From NCBI GenBank assembly GCA_963819815.1, contig CAWFXL010000001.1, positions 1,024,001 to 1,088,000 on the forward strand: 64,000 bases of DNA, written 5' to 3'. The first letter of the stretch is position 1. Every line of letters begins with the position of its first letter. The notes beneath the pieces were generated by a model that did not search any database, was not told the DNA's origin, and worked only from the letters and a program-made list of their open reading frames with translations. Positions 10,822-20,507 of this stretch are shown here, piece after piece. The stretch is from an uncultured bacterium (GTDB taxonomy: Bacteria; Babelota; Babeliae; Babelales; Babelaceae). The position numbers were made by a program, and so were the translations under genes.

Positions 10822-11845
10822 TTCTAATGGAGTCTCGCTCCATTTTCAGGTGGCGAGTCTTTTCCTGACCTTAGTCATGATCATTTCACTCGTACTTCTT
10901 CAGATAAAGAAGTTCTGCGCCGCAGATACTGCTCCACATATCTCACCGGTAACGCCAAAAAGCTTGCAGCATGGTGCTGTTGCAACACCCACCAAAGTAA
11001 CCGTTGGATTAACGATTACCGATTTTCCTTCATTTGATGTTGCGCGCAACGACTTTGAATTCTCGGGAATAATTTGGTTCTCATTCGATCCTGCATTGGT
11101 AAACTTAAAAACAATTGAAAAATTCAGTTTTGTAAAGGGGGAGATTAAGTACATTTCAGAACCGAGTACTCAGCTTGAAGATGATAGACTCACCGTTCGA
11201 TACCGTATACGAGTCTCCTTTAAAACCAATCTCTACTATGGCTACTTCCCATTTGAAGATCATACGCTCTATCTCATGCTCTCAAATGCCTCAGTAAACC
11301 CTGATGAGGTCATCTTTGAGTCAACCTATGCAAATGTCATTATGGACAACCCATATGTCAATGGATGGGACTACAAGGATCATCAGGTAACAACTGGGTT
11401 TAGTACGGTACCGCTAGGCATCGGTCAAAAAGGAAAAGAAGTTGTCTACCCATCAGTTCTCTTTACCTTCGAGTTTTATCACCATAGTATACGCTATCTT
11501 ATGAGCATACTTTTACCCCTGCTAATCATTTTCCTCATAGATCTTTTTTCGCTCTGCTTTGATCAGCGAAAAGAACGGGACATTTTGGTTACGATGACTA
11601 CGGCAAATATTGCAGCATTGGTCGCCTATCGATTTGTACTTGAATCACTCACACCAAAAGTAGGATATCCTACGATTGCCGATTATTTCTTTTTCCTCTT
11701 TCTGAGCAACACCTTTATGATATTTATGATAAATTGCGTCGGCCCTTACTTAACCCGTCGCCAAAAGAAGATCATCAGTATCGTTGTTCAGGTATTCGTT
11801 GTGCTCACTATCGCTTTCCTACTGAGAACGTGGCTCCCTTGCTAA
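10802..11845 (+). CDS. Prokaryotic pentameric ligand-gated ion channel (GLIC/ELIC-like)
   Basis: PTKVTVGL beta1, Pro-loop YFPFEDHTL, M1 ILLPLLII, M2-M3 loop LTPKVGYPTIAD, four C-terminal TM helices plus one N-terminal hydrophobic segment. Confidence 0.88.
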   Translation: MKKVLPSSNGVSLHFQVASLFLTLVMIISLVLLQIKKFCAADTAPHISPVTPKSLQHGAVATPTKVTVGLTITDFPSFDVARNDFEFSGIIWFSFDPALVNLKTIEKFSFVKGEIKYISEPSTQLEDDRLTVRYRIRVSFKTNLYYGYFPFEDHTLYLMLSNASVNPDEVIFESTYANVIMDNPYVNGWDYKDHQVTTGFSTVPLGIGQKGKEVVYPSVLFTFEFYHHSIRYLMSILLPLLIIFLIDLFSLCFDQRKERDILVTMTTANIAALVAYRFVLESLTPKVGYPTIADYFFFLFLSNTFMIFMINCVGPYLTRRQKKIISIVVQVFVVLTIAFLLRTWLPC

Positions 11846-11911
11846 CAAGTCCTAGGTTGCTGTCACCATCTCAGCTCGCGATTGAGTCAGACCATATTTC
11901 AGAGACGTTAC

Positions 11912-11936
11912 TACTCAGTCACTCGTTGACTGAGTA
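11912..11936 (+). terminator. Stem-loop downstream of the channel operon
   Basis: 10-bp stem TACTCAGTCA / TGACTGAGTA. Confidence 0.45.
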
Positions 11937-11964
11937 AGCCTACAGCTCAGTGAGCTTACTGCTT

Positions 11965-11993
11965 TTGACCCAACGTGCAAATATCCTTATACT
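11965..11993 (+). promoter_or_regulatory. Sigma70-type promoter for the S2P-like gene and tyrS
   Basis: TTGACC-17 bp-TATACT. Confidence 0.6.
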
Positions 11994-12046
11994 GTAGCTA
12001 ACTATACATGTTGAACCTATAGGCCTAAACAGCTCTGAGAACCGCG

Positions 12047-12790
12047 ATGATTAACTTAGCATTTGCAGAATTCTTATTTGCGCTCATATTGCTCGTTGTT
12101 GCCTATTTTATTTCGCAAACGATCAATGGGTTTCTCCAAGCCACCATCATTAATGCATTGGGCGACTCAACAGCAAAAGACGAAGGCTACCAGTCTCTCA
12201 ATCCTCTTGATCACATTGATACCTTTGGCTTTCTTGCACTTATCATCCTAGGTATAGGATGGCTCCAAACCGTGCCTATTGATCCCTACTCCTTTACCGG
12301 CTCATATCGGTATTTGAGGCTCCTTATTGCCTTTTCGGTCGAAGCTATTGTTAGTCTTTGCCTTGCTACCGTTTCGTTATTTACGGCAGTGTACTTGTAT
12401 GGATATCCTCTTACGATTAAACTTGTGCTGAAGTTGTTTACCTATTACAGCAAGTTCTTCTTGCTGTTTCTTTCTTCAACGTCAACACTCAACATCGCAT
12501 CCGTATTCTCCGAGAATCCATCAACAACCGCTATTGTTTTCGCTTTTTTATTGGTATCGATGGTGTATCTTAATATCTTGGTTGCGACCATTAGCTTTAT
12601 TTTTAATGGGTTTCGTTATCTCCTTGTGCTCGGATTTGAGCAAGGGTACTCCTATATGGACTATGCAGATTATCTTGCGATTCTTGGACCCTTTCTCGTC
12701 GTGTATGTATTTGGTGACCAGCTGGTATACTTCTTATTGAGACTCACTGAATGGGGAGCTTGTCATATCGCGTGTCTTTTTGGTGTTTAA
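12047..12790 (+). CDS. Site-2 protease (M50)-like membrane protein lacking HExxH
   Basis: [21 protein letters not shown] is the M50 signature; the HExxH position reads NGFLQ; multiple TM helices. Confidence 0.7.
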   Translation: MINLAFAEFLFALILLVVAYFISQTINGFLQATIINALGDSTAKDEGYQSLNPLDHIDTFGFLALIILGIGWLQTVPIDPYSFTGSYRYLRLLIAFSVEAIVSLCLATVSLFTAVYLYGYPLTIKLVLKLFTYYSKFFLLFLSSTSTLNIASVFSENPSTTAIVFAFLLVSMVYLNILVATISFIFNGFRYLLVLGFEQGYSYMDYADYLAILGPFLVVYVFGDQLVYFLLRLTEWGACHIACLFGV

Positions 12791-12800
12791 TGAGGATAAG

Positions 12801-13985
12801 ATGGATCAATTTACTGCCTTAAAAGCAGGAACCGCTCAGATCATTCCTGAGGAAGAGTTTAAGAAGAAGCTTGCCTCGGGCAAAAGGTTACGCATTAAAC
12901 TAGGTGCTGATCCTACAGCGCCAGATCTCCATCTTGGTCATGCCGTAGCCCTTTCTAAATTACGTCAATTTCAAGATCTTGGTCATGAAGTAATTTTCCT
13001 TATTGGAGATTTCACCGCACGGATTGGCGACCCTTCAGGCCGTTCAAAGACTCGCCCACCGCTTACTGATGAGCAGATCATGGCTAATACCCAAACCTAT
13101 TTTGCTCAGGTCAGCAAAATCTTAGATCCAGCAAAGACGGTTGTCCGCTATAATTCTGAGTGGAGCGATAAACTTTCCGCGCGCGACTTTGTGGCGCTCT
13201 GCAGCAAGACTACTCTTGCACGGCTCATTGAACGTGAAGACTTTGCTAACCGTATGGCAGCACATCAACCTATCGGGTTTCATGAGCTTTTGTACCCCCT
13301 TCTTCAAGGATACGATTCAGTAGCTCTCGAAGCTGACGTTGAACTAGGAGGAACTGACCAAACATTTAACTTACTTATGGGGCGCTTTCTTCAAGAACAG
13401 TGGGGACAAAATCCGCAAGCAGTTATGACACTTCCTCTTCTTGAAGGGCTCGATGGCGTACAGAAGATGTCAAAGTCGTATGGTAACGCAATCGGTCTTG
13501 CAGAGCCAGCTGACCAGGCCTATGGCAAGCTTATGTCACTTTCTGATGATCTTATGTGGCGCTACTACGAAGTGCTCCTGCATGCTACTGAGCAGGATAT
13601 TAAGAAGATGAAGGAATCAATTGCGATGCAAGGGATCAACCCGATGGATCTTAAAAAGAAGATGGCTCATCAGGTGATAGCTCGCTTTTGGAGTCCTCAA
13701 GAGGCTCAGCAAGCGCAAGAAATGTTTGAAGAGCTCTTTCAAAAGAAAGACTATTCTCATGCTCAAGAAATATCCTGCGAACCCTTCCTTGGTAAGGAGG
13801 CCTGGATCGTAGATATATTGAAGTTTCTAAAAGCGGTAGAAAGTACTAGTGATGCACGTCGTCTCATCGAGGCGGGTGCGGTCGCACTGGATGACAAGAA
13901 AGTAACCGACTTTAAGATGCAGTTAGCGCTTGCACCTGGCATGCTTATTAAGGTAGGTAAGCATAGATTTTATAAGGTAGTGTAA
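12801..13985 (+). CDS. tyrS: Tyrosine-tRNA ligase
   Basis: [28 protein letters not shown]-terminal S4 domain; ATG at 12801 preceded by GAGGA. Confidence 0.97.
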   Translation: MDQFTALKAGTAQIIPEEEFKKKLASGKRLRIKLGADPTAPDLHLGHAVALSKLRQFQDLGHEVIFLIGDFTARIGDPSGRSKTRPPLTDEQIMANTQTYFAQVSKILDPAKTVVRYNSEWSDKLSARDFVALCSKTTLARLIEREDFANRMAAHQPIGFHELLYPLLQGYDSVALEADVELGGTDQTFNLLMGRFLQEQWGQNPQAVMTLPLLEGLDGVQKMSKSYGNAIGLAEPADQAYGKLMSLSDDLMWRYYEVLLHATEQDIKKMKESIAMQGINPMDLKKKMAHQVIARFWSPQEAQQAQEMFEELFQKKDYSHAQEISCEPFLGKEAWIVDILKFLKAVESTSDARRLIEAGAVALDDKKVTDFKMQLALAPGMLIKVGKHRFYKVV

Positions 13986-14319
13986 GAAACCTCTTGCAGG
14001 AATTTGGTTCCAAGGAGCACCAATATTTGGCGCTTCCCCTCGGATGGTCTCATTTCCCTTTTGGAAATCATACCAATAGTTTATTCATGGCCGCAAGATA
14101 CAATGGCAAATCTCGCTTTGTTTTTGTTCAATCCTCTTGGGAGGCTCTTTCTCCAAAGCTCGCTCACGCAACATCCCCAGGCTTAACAAGCCGGCTAACA
14201 AGCCATGCAGTTTTCTGGCTATGGTAGTAAAGGGCTTAGAGTAAAAGCACAGTGTTCAACATCGCTGGTGGACACGATAATAAGTTGGTATATGAGGACG
14301 GAAAAACTGTCATTCACCA

Positions 14320-14348
14320 TTGACAAGCTAACTCCTTTACCCTACCTT
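14320..14348 (+). promoter_or_regulatory. Sigma70-type promoter for gmd
   Basis: TTGACA-17 bp-TACCTT. Confidence 0.5.
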
Positions 14349-14418
14349 GCTAGTTAAACTTATGAAAAAGATACTGATGGTCAGCACAGTTCATTCATCA
14401 AAAAAAAGGGATCTCCTA

Positions 14419-15564
14419 ATGAATAAGATGAGAGTCGTTATACTTGCGTTTCTTGGTTTAACTTCTTTTGACTTACTTTCTATAAAGAAGGCCCTTATCA
14501 CTGGCATAACAGGGCAAGACGGCGCCTATCTCGCCGAATTCTTACTTGGTAAAGGATATGAAGTTCATGGGGTTATAAGACGTTCCTCTTTAATCAACAC
14601 CCATAGGATCGACCATCTTTATAAAGATAGACATGAGGCAGACCATGCGCTTTTTATCCTTCATTACGGAGATCTTACTGATTCAACAAACCTAATCCGG
14701 ATTATTAAGGAAGTAGAACCGGATGAGATATATAACCTTGCAGCACAGAGTCATGTAAAAGTGTCTTTTGAGACCCCCGAATATACGGCAAATGCTGATG
14801 GGATTGGAACTTTACGTTTATTGGAAGCTATTCGATTACTCAATTTGACACACAAAACAAAGTTTTATCAAGCTTCTACTAGTGAAATGTATGGCTTAGT
14901 ACAAGAGATTCCTCAAACTGAAAAAACCCCTTTTTATCCAAGGTCACCCTACGGTGTGGCAAAACTGTTTAGCTATTGGATTACCGTAAATTACCGAGAA
15001 GCATATACTATGTTTGCTTGCAATGGCATCTTATTTAATCATGAGTCAGAACAACGGGGAGAAACCTTCGTTACCCGGAAAATTACTATGGCTATTGCAC
15101 GGATTGCCAATAACTTACAAGAAACACTTTATCTTGGAAATCTAGACTCGAAGAGAGACTGGGGTTATGCAAGAGATTATGTAGAAGCAATGTGGCTTAT
15201 GTTACAACAGGATAAGCCTGAAGATTTTGTTATTGCTACAGGAGAGACGCATTCTGTCCGAGAATTTGTAGAGCGTGCGTTTAAAGAGGTAAACATCGAA
15301 ATTGAATGGCAAGGCACAGGGGTAAGGGAGATTGGAGTTGATAAAAAAACTCAAAAAACGCTTGTAAAAATTGATCCTCGATATTTTAGGCCAACTGAAG
15401 TTGATTTATTAATTGGAGATGCCTCAAAAGCCTTCAATAAGTTAGGCTGGAAACCAAAAACGTCCTTCGCTCAACTTGTTAAATTAATGATGGCTCATGA
15501 CATAACTGTAGTGAAAAATGATCCAAAAAAATTAGGCCTGCATCTTCAATCTCCTAAAAAGTAG
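14419..15564 (+). CDS. gmd: GDP-mannose 4,6-dehydratase with a hydrophobic N-terminal extension
   Basis: [55 protein letters not shown]. Confidence 0.96.
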   Translation: MNKMRVVILAFLGLTSFDLLSIKKALITGITGQDGAYLAEFLLGKGYEVHGVIRRSSLINTHRIDHLYKDRHEADHALFILHYGDLTDSTNLIRIIKEVEPDEIYNLAAQSHVKVSFETPEYTANADGIGTLRLLEAIRLLNLTHKTKFYQASTSEMYGLVQEIPQTEKTPFYPRSPYGVAKLFSYWITVNYREAYTMFACNGILFNHESEQRGETFVTRKITMAIARIANNLQETLYLGNLDSKRDWGYARDYVEAMWLMLQQDKPEDFVIATGETHSVREFVERAFKEVNIEIEWQGTGVREIGVDKKTQKTLVKIDPRYFRPTEVDLLIGDASKAFNKLGWKPKTSFAQLVKLMMAHDITVVKNDPKKLGLHLQSPKK

Positions 15565-15631
15565 GACAAAGGCTGGAACATTTTTTTTGAAGGCGGCACC
15601 ATCATCAAGTAAGCTGTACCCGTGCACTAGT

Positions 15632-15868
15632 TCAAAAAGTATTTCCTATAGCCTGAGTAAAGTTCTTTATTTGCTGAGCAGGTTTCCAATTCTTCAGACC
15701 AGTAGAATTTAAGAAGAGCATTTCCTCATTTGACTCAAGAGTATTTCTGACAAGAAAAGTTTTGCATACTCTTCGCCGCCCATATAATGCTATAAATTCA
15801 GGCCTAGGCGAATGATACGCACGCAATAATTCTTTTTGTTCTTTTCCCCTGCCAATAACTACTTTCAT
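15632..15868 (-). pseudogene. N-terminal fragment of an AAA/archaeal-type ATP-binding protein
   Basis: IGRGKE..LYGRRRVCKTFL (P-loop Gly replaced by Cys); stops after about 78 aa. Confidence 0.75.
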
Positions 15869-15907
15869 AGATTTCTCCCAACTCCTAGCCTCTTTTGGCA
15901 CTCTTTG

Positions 15908-15955
15908 TATATGAAGCCGGATAAAGCAAAAAAATGTGTTATCCGGCTTCATATA
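15908..15955. repeat. 17-bp perfect inverted repeat
   Basis: TATATGAAGCCGGATAA / TTATCCGGCTTCATATA with a 14-nt spacer. Confidence 0.85.
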
Positions 15956-16028
15956 GTTTCAGCATGTGGAGCATAATAACACAAAAAAATGTTCCAACGG
16001 GCTATGGATCGTACAACTGGAGATAATT

Positions 16029-16724
16029 TTAGCCGCGAGAAATCGATGGAGTTTTGCCAGGCTTCCGTCTTCCCAACTGAACAAATGAGGCAACCTCTTC
16101 TGCAAGTACTGCAAATTGCTCAGGATCTGTCTCAAACTCTTTATCGCAGTCTAAGATAAGAACGGGTACATTTACAAGTTCGGCGAGCAGCCCCTTTTTA
16201 TGCACCAGAAAGTCTTCATGACATTCATGGATCTGCTGAACATAGGTAAGACTAATTACTTTTTCTGCAGACCTATCTCGAGCTTTAATGCGCTCATAAG
16301 CAACTTCAGGTGCAGTTCTCAAATAGATAAACCCTTGAGGAGGCATACATTTACCGGTAACTAAAAAGTTAAACCATTGTAGATAGACCTGCCATTCAAG
16401 TTCCGACAAAAATCCATTTTGGTAGCCATTGATTGCAAAGACATAATGACCAGAATAGATTGAGCGCTCCATCAAACGAAACGGATTAGGATTTTCTTGC
16501 TCTATAAGATGCTCTTTTACACGACAGGCCATGGCTAAAGTCTCCATCGTATAGGCCCATCGATGAGGATCTTTATAGAAATTTGCAAGTATAGACTGCC
16601 CATAAACCTTACTAAACCAGCTATTCATAGGCTCATATACTACTGCAATCTCTGGGAGCCTTTCTTGAATCAACTTGAGAAATGTGGTTTTCCCAGCACC
16701 AATATTACCTTCAACAATATACAT
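16029..16724 (-). CDS. Deoxynucleoside kinase
   Basis: IVEGNIGAGKTT P-loop, ERSIYS, ERIKARDR lid. Confidence 0.93.
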   Translation of the reverse strand: MYIVEGNIGAGKTTFLKLIQERLPEIAVVYEPMNSWFSKVYGQSILANFYKDPHRWAYTMETLAMACRVKEHLIEQENPNPFRLMERSIYSGHYVFAINGYQNGFLSELEWQVYLQWFNFLVTGKCMPPQGFIYLRTAPEVAYERIKARDRSAEKVISLTYVQQIHECHEDFLVHKKGLLAELVNVPVLILDCDKEFETDPEQFAVLAEEVASFVQLGRRKPGKTPSISRG

Positions 16725-17006
16725 GACCTATCCTTTGGCCTAATACTATATAACCTCTCTCTTAAATAAGAGTACCACAGAACAGAAAAAGGTTCTATGC
16801 AAAAAGAATAGAAAGTACCTTCAAGTGGCGTATAGATACCTTTAGACAGAGGTCTATGAATGAAAGATCATGCATCTTTAGCTAAGAAGAGATTCTACAT
16901 ACTACGTGTACTTAATTTTCACATAATAAAGCAAAGATCGAACTGCTCACCGCTCAAAGATGAGTAGTAACATTGGGAAAGATACCTCTCTACAAAGATC
17001 GTTGCA

Positions 17007-18191
17007 TTACTTAGAGGAGGCTCCCCAGAGAGGCTTTGATGGCTTGAGCAGCATAAGGGACGCATGACCCTCAACGACAGTTCGCTCAATGGCGCCATTA
17101 ATACAGGTCATTAAAACATTCGTTATTTGGCCTGCTTCACGAGCTACCTCATACGGCTGCACCTGAGGGGCATTCCCGATAAGGATAAGCTCATCTCCCA
17201 CCTTTACGTCCGGAACATCTGACACATCAAAGGCTGCCAAATTCATACTGACGATGCCTGCAACAGGAACAATGTGGCCCTGAATAAGCGCTTTGCCTTT
17301 ATTTGAAAGAGCATGAGGATACCCATCCCAATAACCGATAGGCACCATGGCAATAGTGCTTGGCTTCGTGGTCGTAAAGGCAAGTTGATAGCCAACATTT
17401 GAGCCGGTTGGTAGCTGCTTTACTTGTATAATACGTGTTCGCCACTCAAGTATAGGAGACAGCGAAAAAGAAGGATCAACCTCTTTGACAAGTGCAATCT
17501 GCGAAGGATTTTTCCAGAGGCCATAGGCAGCAGCACCCACTCGCATAAATGAATACGTACGTTTTGGCTTAAGATGTAAGCTACTTGATGAAAGCGCATG
17601 GGTACAAGGAATCGCAATGCCTGCCGCTTCAAGATCATCCAGTACATCATCAAATTGTGCAAGTTGCCTATAACTATAATCATGATCTGCGTGACCTGTA
17701 TTGGAAAGATGCGTAAAGACCCCATACACTTTTAAAGAGGGCAGCTTCGCCATCTCATTAACAATTCTTACTGCCTGACTGGCAAGAATGCCTAGGCGTC
17801 CCATACCTGTATCGATTTTTACGTGAATAAAGGCCGTCTTACCCACCTTTTGTGCAGCAGCGGTAACGGCCTGTGCATCTTCCCATGAGCAAACTGCAAG
17901 ATGAAGCCCCTCTATAACCGCCTCTTCGAGATTCCCCTCAAGATAAGAAAGAACCACAATAGGCTTGGTTATCCCCTGAGTTCGTAGAAAAAGAGCTTCC
18001 TGTACCCCAGCAGTACAGAGCCAGCCAACTTCTGGGTGAGCTTGCGCAAGAGATGCTATTGGTAAGATCCCATGACCATAGGCATTGCTCTTAACGACAA
18101 TGGCAAGAGATGAATAGCCGCTAAGGTTAGCGATATGCGAAACATTTGAATTAAAAGCGGCTCGGCTCAGGGTCAGGGTCGTTCGTGTCAT
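17007..18191 (-). CDS. alr: Alanine racemase
   Basis: VVKSNAYGHG PLP lysine motif, KIDTGMGRLG, IGYWDGY; start at ATG 18191 (TTG 18209 is an alternative). Confidence 0.95.
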   Translation of the reverse strand: MTRTTLTLSRAAFNSNVSHIANLSGYSSLAIVVKSNAYGHGILPIASLAQAHPEVGWLCTAGVQEALFLRTQGITKPIVVLSYLEGNLEEAVIEGLHLAVCSWEDAQAVTAAAQKVGKTAFIHVKIDTGMGRLGILASQAVRIVNEMAKLPSLKVYGVFTHLSNTGHADHDYSYRQLAQFDDVLDDLEAAGIAIPCTHALSSSSLHLKPKRTYSFMRVGAAAYGLWKNPSQIALVKEVDPSFSLSPILEWRTRIIQVKQLPTGSNVGYQLAFTTTKPSTIAMVPIGYWDGYPHALSNKGKALIQGHIVPVAGIVSMNLAAFDVSDVPDVKVGDELILIGNAPQVQPYEVAREAGQITNVLMTCINGAIERTVVEGHASLMLLKPSKPLWGASSK

Positions 18192-18200
18192 AGTTGGTTT

Positions 18201-18227
18201 GGCAGCCAAGGCTCATGCTTGGCTGCC
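18201..18227. other. GC-rich hairpin between the sHsp-like gene and alr
   Basis: GGCAGCCAAG-7 nt-CTTGGCTGCC, 9 nt upstream of the alr ATG. Confidence 0.6.
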
Positions 18228-18236
18228 TTATACTCG

Positions 18237-18854
18237 TTATGAAAGTGGTAAAACTTCTTCTTTTTGCTTTTGAACAGTCAACTTAAACTCGGTTGGTTGT
18301 ACTTCACCTTTGAGGGTACTCACCTCAACTGCAGTACTAAATACCTCGGCAAGTGTTGCTGATTGAGAAGTATAGAAGGTTCGGTCCTGCTGTTTAGCAT
18401 CTTGGACCTTCTTATCAGCTTTCTCTTCTTTCTTAAGCTCTATACGGGATGTTAGTTGAAACTCCACTGGGCTTATAAAAAACTCAATACGCCCATCTTT
18501 TAGCGTAATTGTTCCAAGCCAACCAGTATCTTTTTTTACGACTTTTACCTCATCTTTTGATAACCCGGTAAACCCTTTAAAGGTAATCGCTACTGACGAA
18601 TCATCCTCTTTAATCTCATGGGTAATCTTCGAAAGGTCTTCACGAGCTTTTTTAAAGGCCTCATTTACTTCTTTTGATGGCCCAAATGACTCAAAACGAC
18701 TTGCAAAGCCATCCATCATCCTTTGATGAGAAGCCATAATAGAATCTATCCATGATCCACTAAAGGGATCATCTATCAAGATATATCGTGCCTGTATCGG
18801 AACAGAAAGACATGATGTTACAGCAAATAATACTATAAGGGATTGTTTGTTCAT
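18237..18854 (-). CDS. Exported protein, divergent small heat-shock (alpha-crystallin)-like
   Basis: SD AAGGAG; signal peptide MNKQSLIVLFAV; DDPF..RMMDGF N-arm; EIKEDD..GLSKDEVKV resembles Hsp20 strands. Confidence 0.5.
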   Translation of the reverse strand: MNKQSLIVLFAVTSCLSVPIQARYILIDDPFSGSWIDSIMASHQRMMDGFASRFESFGPSKEVNEAFKKAREDLSKITHEIKEDDSSVAITFKGFTGLSKDEVKVVKKDTGWLGTITLKDGRIEFFISPVEFQLTSRIELKKEEKADKKVQDAKQQDRTFYTSQSATLAEVFSTAVEVSTLKGEVQPTEFKLTVQKQKEEVLPLS

Positions 18855-19049
18855 AATGAACTCCTTTATGTAATAGATGGTTGTACAAATCACTTCGGTA
18901 CTTAAAACCAGTATACACCCAAGTGAATGGTAAATGCAAGAGCATAGTATGAGCATAGATGCTCCTTAAAAACAGTTCACCCCTTGAGCCACGCTCCCAA
19001 GTAGTTTATACTCAAGGAGTTAAAGAACTTTGATAACCACGGATCGGCA

Positions 19050-20414
19050 ATGAAAAAACTACTCCTCAGTTCCCTGGTACTTATCTCCTTGGTTTTCATT
19101 GGAGGTGGCTTCAGCGTAGCCCAGGCAGCAGCCGTCGCTCCTAAACCTACGTTGCTCACAAAAGAGCTTCTTGGATATATTGAACCCCAAGAATACTTGC
19201 GCACTCCGCGCACAGCAAATCCATCACAGGCCGCAAGCAGCCCAGGAAACACACACCAAACTTCCCTTATCCAGCTTCCCGTGCTTGACCAAAATAAAGA
19301 ACCTGAGAAGAAGGGTAGCACAAAGAATAGTTCCGCTTACCATGCTTTGCGCAATGGAGTTATTCTCCTAAAGGCTCTGATAGATCCTTTAGATTATCGT
19401 AGCGTCGAAGGACTTGTAAAACTGTATGATAAAGAAGACCTATATAAAAAACTTTCCTATGAAGGTTCATGGCGAAATACCATTCGAAGCAAGCGTCATG
19501 GAAACTTTACCGATAGCCTCAGTCTTAAAGAGCTCGAAGTCCTCATAGCTGAAGAAAATAAGACTGGAGACCTTGCAGGAACAAATCTCCCTTGTGCCTA
19601 TTTTGAGTATGCAAATACGGATGAACCTACTGAAAGAGACTTTGAAGTGTTTAATGTAAGTGAAAACCTCAAAAAGATTAAAGCAAAACTTACTGCTGAT
19701 GAAGATTTTGCTGCTCTTATACTGGTGTATGTCGATACACACACGGCAAATAATCCCATCTTTGAAAAAAAACCTGTGAAGTGCACAGTAGAAGGTCCAG
19801 ACTGCACAGGGAGAGCGTTAAAAAAAACTCCCTGCTGTGGAAATTCGCTCTGTAATCCATGTTGGGGCACATCTCTTGCAGATAATCTGAGCGCCTGCCC
19901 CATGTGCAAATCTAGAAACCCAGGACCGCTCGAAGAAGAGATCACAAAGTTAGCAACAAATAAGCCACTAACTGGACAATTCGTTGCTCTTGTACTTGCC
20001 AAAGTACAGGACAAAAGGCAGTACTTTCTAATGGATTCAGCAAATGAAAAGCATCGTTTTACTACAAATAAGCCGATCAAAAAACTTCTTCAATACCTTG
20101 AAGATCCCAATGACCCCCAGGAAACAGATGCAGGCCTCTTGGAGCTTCCTCGCTTTATTCCTGATCCAAGGCGTGTAAAAGACGCCCGCATAGACGATCT
20201 CGTGGAAGCCTTTAAAGACTATAAAGACTCTTATAACCCAGTACCCCAAAAAGCTCCTGCAGCCCTTCAAAACCAGACCGATACATCATATTCCAAAGCA
20301 AAAGGCTTCATTGGTGGCGTCCTTGGAATTTGTGCCCTCTATGCCTGCCTTACGTATTACCAACGCTCTCAAAAACCAAACTCGCCGCAAGCAACCACTC
20401 CAACGGTACAGTGA
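19050..20414 (+). CDS. Exported RING-finger protein with C-terminal membrane anchor
   Basis: Signal peptide; C-x6-C..PCCGNSLCNPC..CPMC; C-terminal TM GFIGGVLGICALYACL. Confidence 0.75.
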   Translation: MKKLLLSSLVLISLVFIGGGFSVAQAAAVAPKPTLLTKELLGYIEPQEYLRTPRTANPSQAASSPGNTHQTSLIQLPVLDQNKEPEKKGSTKNSSAYHALRNGVILLKALIDPLDYRSVEGLVKLYDKEDLYKKLSYEGSWRNTIRSKRHGNFTDSLSLKELEVLIAEENKTGDLAGTNLPCAYFEYANTDEPTERDFEVFNVSENLKKIKAKLTADEDFAALILVYVDTHTANNPIFEKKPVKCTVEGPDCTGRALKKTPCCGNSLCNPCWGTSLADNLSACPMCKSRNPGPLEEEITKLATNKPLTGQFVALVLAKVQDKRQYFLMDSANEKHRFTTNKPIKKLLQYLEDPNDPQETDAGLLELPRFIPDPRRVKDARIDDLVEAFKDYKDSYNPVPQKAPAALQNQTDTSYSKAKGFIGGVLGICALYACLTYYQRSQKPNSPQATTPTVQ

Positions 20415-20507
20415 AATTGTTAATGGGGTGAAGACTTTGATAAATTACTCGATCCTCTGTATGCTACATAAAACTATGAGCACACACATCACTACTATAG
20501 TAAAGAA

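Noticed and set aside
13994..14290. Short ORFs between tyrS and gmd
   Set aside because: No recognisable motif; probably a decayed gene, but the family cannot be assigned
19598..20080. 160-aa antisense ORF and similar nested ORFs in the track
   Set aside because: They lie within well-supported genes on the other strand or frame and show no motifs
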